From: Nitrospirota bacterium
GTDB lineage: Bacteria > Nitrospirota > UBA9217
Reading direction: 5' to 3'
Assembly: GCA_963818475.1 (NCBI GenBank)
Contig: CAWFSF010000001.1
Coordinates: 279,631-343,630, forward strand
DNA: 64,000 bases
In this document: one piece after another, positions 10,516 to 20,271 of the stretch
Numbering within the stretch: position 1 is the stretch's first letter
Layout: the number at the start of each line of letters is the position of its first letter
The notes under the pieces: generated by a model
Database searches by the model: none
What the model was told of the DNA's origin: nothing
What the model saw: only the letters and a program-made list of their open reading frames with translations
Program-made: the position numbers and the translations under genes

Positions 10516-10761
10516 ATGAACCAGGTATGGATTGCAGTTATCGCAGCGCTCATCATGGCAGGAGGACTGGGAGGGCTTTACTATCTCTTCATCAAGCAGA
10601 ACGCGGTGATCGACGTCAAGGCGCTTCAGTTCGCTTCGATCGTGCTCGTTCTGCCGCTGATGCTCGCACTCGGCGCGCTGAACATTCTCCGCAGCGATAC
10701 CATCGGACCGCTCATCGGCGTGGTCATCGGCTATGTGCTGTCAAGGCCTTGGAAAGAGTAA
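10516..10761 (+). CDS. Small membrane protein (about 3 TM)
   Basis: GGAGG RBS; hydrophobic 81-aa ORF. Confidence 0.65.
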   Translation: MNQVWIAVIAALIMAGGLGGLYYLFIKQNAVIDVKALQFASIVLVLPLMLALGALNILRSDTIGPLIGVVIGYVLSRPWKE

Positions 10762-10922
10762 CCGCGGCGCAGAGCAGCGGGGACAAGCCGGAATTAAGAA
10801 CCAGAGCAGTTGCGTCACTCGCAGAGCACGCAGAGGACGCAGAATTAAATCAAAAGTTTAGACTTAGTTTTTAAACCAGGCGATGTTCGAATTTTTCTCT
10901 GCGGACTCTGCGGTCTGCGAGA
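10761..10922. repeat. Intergenic inverted repeat of the CGCAGAG-N2-CGCAGAG type
   Basis: CGCAGAGCACGCAGAGGACGCAGA ... TCTCTGCGGACTCTGCGGTCTGCG; related copies at 13575-13653 and 14168-14343. Confidence 0.6.
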
Positions 10923-10953
10923 AAACTCTTCCCCTTTTCAACTTCTTCGTTAC

Positions 10954-11076
10954 TAATACAAACGCATTTATATTCGTTACTGATTTGCCCCTCACCTTTG
11001 TCCTCTCCCCAGCGGGGAGAGGGTAGGGCGAGGGGGGACTTTCCTGGATGTAACAATATTTAATTCGTTTGCATTA
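10954..11076. mobile_element. MITE-like element, copy 2; its terminus overlaps the stop codon of the AEC transporter
   Basis: Near-identical to 8853-8976; the terminal TTA at 11074-11076 is the gene's TAA. Confidence 0.75.
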
Positions 11077-12000
11077 AAACAGCAAACTCATCATCACCGG
11101 CATAGTGAAGAACAGCGCTGCCGTCGAAACCGCAATGCAGCCCGCCGCCAGCGGCACATCCAGACCGAACTCATCGGCGATCACGAGCGAGAGCACCATC
11201 ACCGGCATGGCGCCTTCGATCGTCACGGCCCGGAGCGTATCTCCAGTGAGCCCTGCTCGGGAACCGATCCACCAGGCCAGAACCGGCGCCAGGACCAGTT
11301 TCAGAAGCAGCGCCGGCACGGCGATCACCATCCGCCGCAGGTCCTTGAAATCGAGCGCCAGCCCCACCGTAAAGGTCATGATCGGAATGACCGCCCTGCC
11401 CATGAGCCCGGCCGCATCCTGCACCACCAGCGGAACCGCGAGGCCGAGGACCTGCACGAGCCCTCCGGCGGCAACGCCCCAGAGCGGCGGCAGTTTGAGC
11501 ACCCGCAGGAGCGACGCGCCGAAGGATACGTTCTTCCCGCTTCCGTACCGGGCAGCGGCAAATACCCCGACGGTCAGCAGGATCGGCGTTGCCGCCAGCA
11601 GATCGTAGATGATCGCCACGTACCCGAATTGCGCGCCGAGCATGCCGGTGATCACCGGGAGGCCCAGGTAAGTCACATTGCCGAAGCCCGCCGCAAGGAT
11701 CATGACGCCGAAGGCCGGGCGGTCGATCTCCTTGAACCACGGGAGCAGGCGGTACACGACATAGGCCGCCGCCATCCCGATGAGCGTCACCAGTGCACCG
11801 GTTACGGGGATGGCAAGGAAGCTTTTGTCGATCGCCGCCGGTGAAATAAGATTAAAGGCCAGCGCAGGCAGAAAAAAATTGAGCACCGTCACGCTCAGAG
11901 TATGCCGCAACCGGTGCCGGTCGATCCCGCCCGGGTCGAAGAACCGCCAGACGTAGCCCGCAGCAATGATCAGCGCGAATGAATACAGGACTTTGTTGAT
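11074..12000 (-). CDS. AEC (auxin efflux carrier-like) family transporter
   Basis: Polytopic; FGNVTYLGLP and GAMP motifs; frame stays open to ATC at 12000, which follows AAAGGAG. Confidence 0.85.
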   Translation of the reverse strand: MNKVLYSFALIIAAGYVWRFFDPGGIDRHRLRHTLSVTVLNFFLPALAFNLISPAAIDKSFLAIPVTGALVTLIGMAAAYVVYRLLPWFKEIDRPAFGVMILAAGFGNVTYLGLPVITGMLGAQFGYVAIIYDLLAATPILLTVGVFAAARYGSGKNVSFGASLLRVLKLPPLWGVAAGGLVQVLGLAVPLVVQDAAGLMGRAVIPIMTFTVGLALDFKDLRRMVIAVPALLLKLVLAPVLAWWIGSRAGLTGDTLRAVTIEGAMPVMVLSLVIADEFGLDVPLAAGCIAVSTAALFFTMPVMMSLLF

Positions 12001-12040
12001 ACCGTGCTCCTTTGTACAGTAACTGCTCAGGACAATATAT

Positions 12041-12150
12041 TATCCGCAGATTGCGCAGATTACACAGATTAAAGCAAACCTAAATTGTGTTTTTAAAATC
12101 TGCGGCCATCTGCGTCGCTTAGAAGCGCCTACTTTTGGAATCTGCGGATA
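12041..12150. repeat. Intergenic inverted repeat of the CGCAGATT type
   Basis: TATCCGCAGATTGCGCAGATTACACAGATT ... AATCTGCGG...AATCTGCGGATA; a related degenerate copy lies near 39000-39090. Confidence 0.6.
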
Positions 12151-12215
12151 AAGGGTTTTTTTCTTGGGTGTAACGCCGGACGTGGCGGCATGGCCTGCGT
12201 TGTCTGGACCAGCTG

Positions 12216-13484
12216 TTACACCGTATGCTTTTTTTCCTCATGCGGCAGGAACGGGATCGTCAGCATGCCGGGGATGGTCAGGAAGCAGACAATAAGGAAG
12301 AACGCCTTGTAGCCCACCGCCTGCTGAAGCCAGCCGCTCACGAAGCCCGGCAGCATCATGCCGAGCGCCATGATCCCGGTAGAGATGGCATAGTGGGAGG
12401 TCTTGTACTTTCCCTGCGCCGAGTACATGAGGTAGACCGTGAACACGGTGAAGCCCATGCCGTAGCCGAACTGCTCCAGCGCCACGAGCGGATAGATCAG
12501 ACCGATCGACGGCTGGTGATAGGCCATGTACACAAAAAAGAGGTCCGGCAGATGCATGGCCAGCACCAGGGGCCAGACAGCCCGCCTGAATCCGAACCTC
12601 GAGAGCACCCAGCCGCCGAGGATCCCGCCGATCACGAGCGATAGAATACCCACGGTCCCGTACACGAGGCCGACGTCCGATGTGGAGAGCCCCAGCCCCC
12701 CAGCGCTCGGCTTGTCCAGCAGGAACGGAGAGACCAGCTTGAGCAGCATGGCCTCGCCGAGCCGGTAGCACAGGATAAAGGCGATGATCACGCCCACGCG
12801 CTTCTGCTTGAAGTAGGCAGCGAAGACCTCGGGAAATGACGCCCCTGAAGCAGCCTTTGCTGAAGAACGGCCATCCGCAGCGGGATAAGGAAGCATGAGC
12901 CGGTGGTAACCGAAGGCCAGAAGGAAGATCGAGCCGGCGATCCCAAGGACCAGGGTCCAGCTCAGCGGGATGTTGCCTGTCGCTGTTTCGAACCTGCCTG
13001 CAACATAGACCAGGAATCCGGACCCGAAGATCATGGCAATCCGGTAGAATGCCGCACGCAGTCCCACAAAAAGCGCCTGGTCCTTTTCCGTGAGCGCCAG
13101 CATGTAGAAGCCGTCGGTCGCGATATCATAGGTGGCGGAGATGAACGCGCCGACGACGAAGGCAGCCAGGGACAGGGCGAAGAACCCTGAACTGTTCAGG
13201 GCGTAGGCAACGATGAAAAGCGAGAGCCCCATGGCAAGCTGGGTCGAGAGGATCCAGTTCCGCTTGGTGGAGTAGAGGTCCACCAGCGGGCCCCAGAACA
13301 TCTTGATGACCCAGGGAAGGTAGAGCCAGCTTGTCCAGAAAGCGATATGCGCATTATCGATGCCCATGCGCTTGTACAGGATGACCGAGACGGTGTTGAT
13401 GAGCACATAGGGAAGGCCCTCGGCAAAATAGAGGGTGGGCAGGAACGCCCAGGGGTTGCGGACAGGAACGGGTTGTTTATTCAT
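12216..13484 (-). CDS. ampG: AmpG-like MFS muropeptide transporter
   Basis: LYFAEGLP, LPWVIKMFWGPLVD and SATYDIATDG motifs. Confidence 0.8.
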   Translation of the reverse strand: MNKQPVPVRNPWAFLPTLYFAEGLPYVLINTVSVILYKRMGIDNAHIAFWTSWLYLPWVIKMFWGPLVDLYSTKRNWILSTQLAMGLSLFIVAYALNSSGFFALSLAAFVVGAFISATYDIATDGFYMLALTEKDQALFVGLRAAFYRIAMIFGSGFLVYVAGRFETATGNIPLSWTLVLGIAGSIFLLAFGYHRLMLPYPAADGRSSAKAASGASFPEVFAAYFKQKRVGVIIAFILCYRLGEAMLLKLVSPFLLDKPSAGGLGLSTSDVGLVYGTVGILSLVIGGILGGWVLSRFGFRRAVWPLVLAMHLPDLFFVYMAYHQPSIGLIYPLVALEQFGYGMGFTVFTVYLMYSAQGKYKTSHYAISTGIMALGMMLPGFVSGWLQQAVGYKAFFLIVCFLTIPGMLTIPFLPHEEKKHTV

Positions 13485-13521
13485 GCAGGCAAGACTATCA
13501 GATTAGCGAGCGAACATCCAG

Positions 13522-13556
13522 AAAAAAAACAGGCAGGGAAGAAGCCCTGCCTGTTT
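13522..13556 (-). terminator. Intrinsic terminator
   Basis: AAACAGGCAGGG/CCCTGCCTGTTT stem with T-run on the minus strand. Confidence 0.65.
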
Positions 13557-13574
13557 GGATTAAGAAAATATTTT

Positions 13575-13653
13575 TACCGCAGAGACGCGGAGACTCAGAG
13601 AAAAGCTTACAATAGGTATGATCTTCTCGGCGCCTCAGCGCCTCTGCGGTGAA
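13575..13653. repeat. ACCGCAGAG-type inverted intergenic repeat
   Basis: TTACCGCAGAGACGCGGAGACTCAGAG ... CTCGGCGCCTCAGCGCCTCTGCGGTGAA. Confidence 0.6.
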
Positions 13654-13675
13654 TCTTAGGTTCAGTTTTCCCCGG

Positions 13676-14128
13676 TCACTTCCCGGGCGCCGGGCTATCC
13701 GCCTTTTTCTCCTCCAGCTGCTGGAGCTTCGCCATATCGAGCGCTTTCTTCGCATCCGGCACCAGGGCGCTGTCGGGATACATTTTCAGGAACTCATCGA
13801 ACGCATGGATCGCTCCTGACGTATCGCCCTTCGCAGCACGGTCAAGCCCTTCCTTGAACCCGGCAAGCTCCTCCTCGTTGATCGCCTCCTCGCCTTTCTT
13901 GCCTTTCCAGTAAAGCTTGGCATGCGTGTCCTCTTTCGCACCGCGAACTCCGGCCACGCTCGTGCTCAGGGAAACGGACTTTTTCGGCACGAGCAGGCTC
14001 ACCTTCTGCTGCATGCTCTTGAGCCATTCGGAAAAACCCGATTCCTTCTTCGCCGCTTCCTCTGCGATCGCCATGGTGCTGAGCCCAAAAAGGACAACAA
14101 GGACCGCCGTATATATTTTCTTATTCAT
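13676..14128 (-). CDS. Secreted protein with VAGVRG motif and TPR-like helices
   Basis: Signal peptide; AIHAFDEFLKMYPDSALVPDA is TPR/BamD-like. Confidence 0.7.
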   Translation of the reverse strand: MNKKIYTAVLVVLFGLSTMAIAEEAAKKESGFSEWLKSMQQKVSLLVPKKSVSLSTSVAGVRGAKEDTHAKLYWKGKKGEEAINEEELAGFKEGLDRAAKGDTSGAIHAFDEFLKMYPDSALVPDAKKALDMAKLQQLEEKKADSPAPGK

Positions 14129-14167
14129 AATGCCTCCTTTTTCATAAAAGGCTTGATGACAAAATCT

Positions 14168-14388
14168 TTCACCGCAGAGGGCGCAGAGGACATCTTGTCA
14201 TAATGCCATTTTTCATTCCGCAAACCATACAAAGGAAAGAGCAATTTGCCACAAAATGCACATAAGGCACAGCAGGGAAAAAGGGCTTAAGAAAATGTTC
14301 CGACTTTCGCCTTCCTCTGTGTCTCCGTGCCTCCGTGGTAAAAGCCGCTCATTCCGCAATCCGAAATCCGCAATCCGCAATCCGAAAT
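14168..14388. repeat. Composite intergenic repeat (ACCGCAGAG inverted pair plus tandem heptamer AATCCG[C/A])
   Basis: TTCACCGCAGAGGGCGCAGAG ... CTCTGTGTCTCCGTGCCTCCGTGG; ATTCCGCAATCCGAAATCCGCAATCCGCAATCCGAAAT at 14351-14388; heptamer also near 39110 and 44171. Confidence 0.6.
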
Positions 14389-14389
14389 A

Positions 14390-17300
14390 TTATTTCACCA
14401 CTCCCAGATCCGAAGCAAGGTCGCTGTTCCGGCGGATCACCCGCGGATCTCTCGCGGCCGCCTGTTTGAAGAGCTTTTTTGCCTCTTCCTTGTTATTCAT
14501 GCGCAGCAGGACACGCGACAGGTTCACCATGGTCCCGGGATCGTCCGGAGCGACCCGGAGCGACGACTCGTAGGCCTGCTTCGCATCGTCGAGCCGCTCC
14601 TGCAGGAAACTGATGTTGCCGATATTGTTCAGCGCATCGGCGTTCTCCTTGTCGATGGCCAGCATTTTCTGGAACTGCTGCAGCGCCTCGGCATAGAGCC
14701 CGTTCTCTCCGTACACGATCCCGAGCTCGGCGAGCGCGGCAAGGTCATCGGGATTCTTCTTGAGCATCTCGATATAGCCGGCGGAAAGGGCGTTCAGCCG
14801 CTGCCGGCCCAGCGCTTCGAGCTCGTCAGCGAACCGGGCGTCGATCTCCTGCCGCTTCGCTGCTCCAACCTTGCCATCTCCGCCCGGCAGCGTCACCGGT
14901 TTGAAGAGTTCCCAGGCTTTCTGCGTAACGATGATCTCGGCCTTGCCCCTGGCAGCCCAGTCCCGGTACTCTTCAGCCGCCTTCTGCCACGCCCGGGTGA
15001 ATGACGATCCGACCATGGTCATTTCCACGGGGATCCAGACCGTTCCCTGGTGCAGGACCAGCAGTTCGTCGGGGAAACCCAGCGTCATGCGGTCCTTCTC
15101 GGTCACGCCGGTGTTGAACATGATGAACACATGGCCCGGCACATCGATGAACGCCGTGCCGACGCCGAGGTTCTCCATGCAGGCGGCGAAGAGGATCGAA
15201 AGGTCGTCGCAGTCGCCGCTCTTGCGGGAAAGCGTGTCGCGCGGATACTGGAGATAGTCCACGCTCGCTGCGTTCTCCGAGAACTCCTGGAAGGGGCTGG
15301 TGGGATCGACGATATAGTTCACCCCCAGCACGCCCAGCGCCCCGTAGATGCCGCGGGCGTAGACCAGCGAGGAATGCAGGTTCGGGAAAGCATCAACATA
15401 CTGCTGGACAACGGACCGGCTGAACTCGACCACCGGCGGGTCCTTGGGCGTCACATAGGCCCCGAGCTTGGCCTTCTGGTCCCAGCGCATGGCGTGCCGC
15501 TCGTAGAGCGTGATGGGGAAACTGCGCGTCACGGTCCGGGCCTCGCCGGCCATGTAATAGGTGAGCGCGAGCTCGCTCTGGATCGGCGTGTTCTCGGTCA
15601 CGTCCAGGATCTTATTGCTGAAGACCGGCTTGAGGTCCAGTTTGACCTCCTGGTTCGCTGCAATATCCTGAAGCTGGATCTCCGAGGGATAGTCCATGTA
15701 GTCCTTGATCGAGAAACTGAGCTTGGCCGACGGGAACGCATTGCCTGAATTGTTCCTGATAGTGACCGCCCCGATCGCGTTCGATTCATAGTACTTGTAC
15801 GCGGAGGAGAAGATCTCCCCGATCTCCACCTTGGCGATCTCGAGCGGGGGAAGAGACAGGGCCGCCTTCGGCGTCGTGGCAAAGACCACGTCGCTGGCCT
15901 GGCTTTCATCGCCCTCCTTGCCCACGGACGTGAGCTGGTAATAATACAGCGTCTCGTCAACGAGCGGAGCGTCCAGGAACACTGTTTTTTCGACCTTGGC
16001 CACCGGTTCGAAACCCTCGGTAGGATGCTTGGACCGGTAAACCCTGTAGAAGCTCATGAACGGCTCGGTGTTGGGGGTCCACGAAAGTGTGATCTGCTTC
16101 TCCAGCGCCTCGATGCTGATCTTGCGGGGTGTTGCCGGGACAAGCCTCGGCGTCGAAGCAGAGACCGGAGAAGAGAGGGCGCTTTCGTTCCCTTCGCGCG
16201 CCTGGCTGGCCACCGCGTAGGTGAAGGTCTTGTTGCTCGGCAGGTTTTTGTCCGCGAAGAACGGCTCCTTGGTCACGCCCGCAGCCGTGAAGGGGCCTGC
16301 GGCTGATTCGGCGCGGTAGACCGTATAGTGGTCCAGATAGGTCTCGATGTTCGGCTTCCAGCTCACCTGGATCTCGTTCGGCCGCGCCTGCGCAGCCGTG
16401 TCGCGCGGCACGGCAGGAGTGTGGCGCAGGGTGAAGGCCTGCACCCGCTTGTTGCCGCCGTCGCCGACATAGAGCCGCACGCCCGCTTCCAGGGCAAGCC
16501 CCAGGGGCGCTTTGAACTCCCCGGGGCCGCTGCCCGGACTCCCGAACTTCCGGAGGAACTTCCCGCTGTTGTCAAAGACCTGAACGCGCGCGTTCCCTGC
16601 ATCGAGCACATAAACCTCGTTGTCAGGCGAGATAATGATATTCTCGGGGTGGTCGAACTCCCCGTCCCCGGGGCCTTCTTTGCCGGATTCCCACAGGAGC
16701 GCGCCGTTGCTGTCGTATTTGCCGAATCGGTTGTTGCCGCGGTCCACGACATAGATATTGCCCGCACGGTCGACGGTCAGGTCGACGGGTTCGCGGAACT
16801 GGCCGCGCAGCGCGCCGCTCTTGCCGAAGGTGCCGAGGAACATCCCTTTGGGGCTGAAGACCTGGACCCTGTTGTTGCCGGTGTCGGCCACGCAGATGTT
16901 TCCCTTGGGGCTGAGCGCAATACCCGAGGGCCCGTCGAACTGTCCCTCGCCCGACCCGGACTTGCCGATCACGTGCAGCAGCGTTCCTTCGCTGTTGTAT
17001 TTCTGGATGCGGTCGTTGTCCGTATCAGCGACCCAGAAGTTCCCGGCATCGTCTACAGCCATGCCGCGCGGGCTTTTGAGCATGCCGGGCTCCGATCCCC
17101 GCGCCCCGAAGCGTGCTGCGCCGGAGACACCGACTGCGCCAAGAGAGTCCTTCGTGAGACCCCAGAGCCCCTTGTTGATCGCCAGGCCTGAAACCGTTTC
17201 AGCCATCACACCTGAAAGCTCTTCTGCGGGAAGCGGCGAGGACGGCGCAAGGGACGGCTGGGTGCCTGCTTCGCAGGCGAACACCTGGAGCGTGTTCTTT

Positions 17301-18202
17301 TTTGCATCGAGGACATAGACCTTGTCGCCGGCATCGACCTTGATGCCGGTAGCCAGGCGGAACTGGCCAGGCCCGTCCCCCTCGGTCCCGAGCGAACCCA
17401 GGAGCTTGCCTGCGGCGTCGAACTTCTTGAGTTTGTAATTGTCGCTGTCGGCAACAAAGATATTGCCGGACCCGTCAACAGCCAGGCCCCGGGGGTCGTC
17501 AAAGCCCTCGGAGTTCCTGCCTTTGGCCCCGAACATGAAAACCTGTTTTCCGGTTGGATCGAACACGCGAATGGTATTCTGGGCCGAGTCCAGGACATAG
17601 AGCTTGTTCTGCGCATCCACAGCCAGATCAACAGGGGCCTTCATCTCTTCCTTCTCGGTCTTGAACGTCACCTGGTTCAGAAAAATACCGTCTGAGGAAA
17701 AGACCTGCACCCGGGCATTGCCCGTATCAGCCACATAGACCAGGCCGTTTGCGGCAACGATGCCGGAAGGATCGCTGAATTGTTTGGGACCGCTTCCCTT
17801 GCTGCCGAACATGCGCACGAACTTGCCGCCCTGATCGAAGATCTGGATGCGGCCGTTGCCCCCGTCGACGACATAGACCTTTCCCTGCTCGTTCACGGCA
17901 ATGCCCGAGGGGTACTTGAACTGGCCGGGAGCGTCGCCCTTGCTTCCCCAGACCAGGAGGCTCTTTCCGCTCTGGTCAAGCACCACGACACGGTGCGCCT
18001 CGGTATCGGCGACAAAGATCCGATCGCCTGCCAGGGCAAGCGCCCGGGGGCCGTTCAGCATGCGCTGTCCTTCAGGTTTTTTGTACTCGCCGATCTCGTT
18101 GATGAATTCGATCTGCTGATAAGCGAAAAGAGGAAGGGAACTGCCGACGAAAAACATCACGAAAAAAAGAAAACTGGTAGAGAAGGACCGCTTACTGAAC
18201 AC
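14390..18202 (-). CDS. Exported protein: two NHL beta-propellers, FN3 domains, transglutaminase-like domain, TPRs
   Basis: Repeated GxxGxGxGQFxxPxGIAVD NHL units; FN3 W/Y patterns; GDCDD, PGHVF and WIPVE putative catalytic motifs; C-terminal TPRs; GTG start after GGAGG. Confidence 0.85.
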   Translation of the reverse strand: MFSKRSFSTSFLFFVMFFVGSSLPLFAYQQIEFINEIGEYKKPEGQRMLNGPRALALAGDRIFVADTEAHRVVVLDQSGKSLLVWGSKGDAPGQFKYPSGIAVNEQGKVYVVDGGNGRIQIFDQGGKFVRMFGSKGSGPKQFSDPSGIVAANGLVYVADTGNARVQVFSSDGIFLNQVTFKTEKEEMKAPVDLAVDAQNKLYVLDSAQNTIRVFDPTGKQVFMFGAKGRNSEGFDDPRGLAVDGSGNIFVADSDNYKLKKFDAAGKLLGSLGTEGDGPGQFRLATGIKVDAGDKVYVLDAKKNTLQVFACEAGTQPSLAPSSPLPAEELSGVMAETVSGLAINKGLWGLTKDSLGAVGVSGAARFGARGSEPGMLKSPRGMAVDDAGNFWVADTDNDRIQKYNSEGTLLHVIGKSGSGEGQFDGPSGIALSPKGNICVADTGNNRVQVFSPKGMFLGTFGKSGALRGQFREPVDLTVDRAGNIYVVDRGNNRFGKYDSNGALLWESGKEGPGDGEFDHPENIIISPDNEVYVLDAGNARVQVFDNSGKFLRKFGSPGSGPGEFKAPLGLALEAGVRLYVGDGGNKRVQAFTLRHTPAVPRDTAAQARPNEIQVSWKPNIETYLDHYTVYRAESAAGPFTAAGVTKEPFFADKNLPSNKTFTYAVASQAREGNESALSSPVSASTPRLVPATPRKISIEALEKQITLSWTPNTEPFMSFYRVYRSKHPTEGFEPVAKVEKTVFLDAPLVDETLYYYQLTSVGKEGDESQASDVVFATTPKAALSLPPLEIAKVEIGEIFSSAYKYYESNAIGAVTIRNNSGNAFPSAKLSFSIKDYMDYPSEIQLQDIAANQEVKLDLKPVFSNKILDVTENTPIQSELALTYYMAGEARTVTRSFPITLYERHAMRWDQKAKLGAYVTPKDPPVVEFSRSVVQQYVDAFPNLHSSLVYARGIYGALGVLGVNYIVDPTSPFQEFSENAASVDYLQYPRDTLSRKSGDCDDLSILFAACMENLGVGTAFIDVPGHVFIMFNTGVTEKDRMTLGFPDELLVLHQGTVWIPVEMTMVGSSFTRAWQKAAEEYRDWAARGKAEIIVTQKAWELFKPVTLPGGDGKVGAAKRQEIDARFADELEALGRQRLNALSAGYIEMLKKNPDDLAALAELGIVYGENGLYAEALQQFQKMLAIDKENADALNNIGNISFLQERLDDAKQAYESSLRVAPDDPGTMVNLSRVLLRMNNKEEAKKLFKQAAARDPRVIRRNSDLASDLGVVK

Positions 18203-18410
18203 TGCCACACCTCCTGCATACACCTGTGCGGCCGGACGGCATTCCGGCACATTGCGTAATGCGGTGCAGTCTACCACAAAAAGCGCGGGGAGACAATAAA
18301 AAGTATGGTGCACAGGATTTCCTGTTTAATTTGCTTTAAAAATCATTCTGTTTGACTTCCCGGTGTGCATTTGATAAGGTTTGAAAAACGTTGCCCGGAG
18401 GCAAATAAAA

Positions 18411-20271
18411 ATGCGCTCAAAATACGTCCTGCTCTTCACGGTTGCGGTCACCCTGCTCGCAGTGCTCATGACATCAGGAACAGTTCTGGCAGCGCCTATC
18501 GAGGTGAACGTACCTGGTGCTTATCGCAATATTCAAGATGCGATAGACTACGCCGCAAGCCCAGTTCTCGTTACACCCCGAGAACACTTACTCAATACTG
18601 GTAGAACCAAGCTCGACACACTATACCGTCCCTACCGGGGGTCTTGTGCTGAGAAGCAGTATCCCGGTCAGGGGCCGCGAAACAGCCAGAACCATCATAG
18701 ACGGAGGGGGCGGCACATATGCTGTTACTGCCACTGGCGTGACCGGTGTCAGTTTCAAAAATTTCACCATCATGAATGCCAGCAACGGCATCCTGGTAAC
18801 AGGAAATTCAGCGATCACCATCGCTAATAATGTATTTGTGAGCTTGACGAACACTGCCGTAATTATCCAGAGTTCAGCTGCCTCGTCAGTGAGCAACAAC
18901 ACCTTTTATCAGAACGGGGCTGCCATCTCAAGAGATACGGATTTGGGAGCGGCAATTACCAATAACATTTTCTACAACAGTGCCAATACGACCCAGATCG
19001 TCCAAAACGCTGCAGAAACCACCATTACCTATAACCTCTTTTTCCCTGATCTGAACGGGCCTAAGGGTACATCCTATATTCCTAATGTTACCTTTCCAGA
19101 TCCTGACCCGCTGTTTGTCGATCCTGCACACAATGATTTCCATATCAAGTCAAACCCCACCTCCACATCTCCCTGCATTGATCAAGGGAGTCCTGCCGTA
19201 ACTGAGGATTCTATAGATGGGACAACAAGCGATATCGGAGCCTATGGCGGACCCAATGCAGACACCATCCCCTTTCCAGTAGAGGGATCGGACGTAACGG
19301 CCATCGCGACCGTCGATTCCATATCAGTAAGCTGGCCTGCAAATACAAATACAAGCTATGTTGTTAATGACATAAACCACTTTGACCACGTGACAACGGG
19401 TGGCTACAACCTCTACTACAGCCTCGAATCCGGCCAATCTGGCACACCCTATCAGAACAAGCTCACCCTTGCGAGCACGGTCACGAGCACCGTGATCAGC
19501 GGTTTGACCACGACGATCGCTCAACCTGACGCGCCGGTCATAAATCCTCTGGGTTTTGACAACCAAACCCTGCTGGTCAGCTGGTCCCCGGTATCAGGCG
19601 CAACAGGATACATAGTATACTACTCGCTTTCAACAGACTTGACGAATTCGCTGAATACTGGTGTCATCAAGGACACATCTCATAAGCTTAGTGGCCTGGT
19701 CAACGGCACTGATTATACCGTATGGGTGAGAGCAGTTGCCCAGCCCAAGTACTACCTTGCTGTCACCGCCTTTGACTACACGGCAGGGACACACACACCT
19801 GGCATTGCCCATGAAAGCGCATACTCTTCTCCTGAGACCGTTATCACCGTCGGGCCGCAGGTCGACGGGCCGCTTTCAGACCCCGTCACTGGATTTCCCG
19901 AAGCTTTTCACTATAATCCCGACCTGCCGAACAAGGGCTGCTTCATTGCCACTGCCGCCTACGGATACTACGACGCGCCACAAGTGCAGGCGCTCCGTGA
20001 TTTCAGGGACCGCTATCTTGAAACGAATTCTGCAGGCAGGGCATTTGTTAGATGGTATTACGAATACGGACCGATCGGAGCTGCTGCGCTTAATGAACAC
20101 CCTTGGCTCAAACCCGTGGTGCGGACAGCGCTCCTGCCTGCTGTAGGCGGAGCACTCTTCCTGACCAGGGCGTCGACGGTGACGCAGTTGGTGGCCCTGT
20201 TACTGTTCACCCTCATGATCGCAGTGCTGGTTATGTACATAAAAGGTGTCGTGCGTGGAGGTTCACGTTGA
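18411..20271 (+). CDS. Surface protein: parallel beta-helix, FN3 and CFI-box-CTERM (frameshift near 18575)
   Basis: Signal peptide in the first frame; NN-rich beta-helix, SPCIDQG..SDIGAYGG; C-terminal GCFIATAAYG..LRDFRDRYL..FVRWYY plus TM. Confidence 0.85.
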
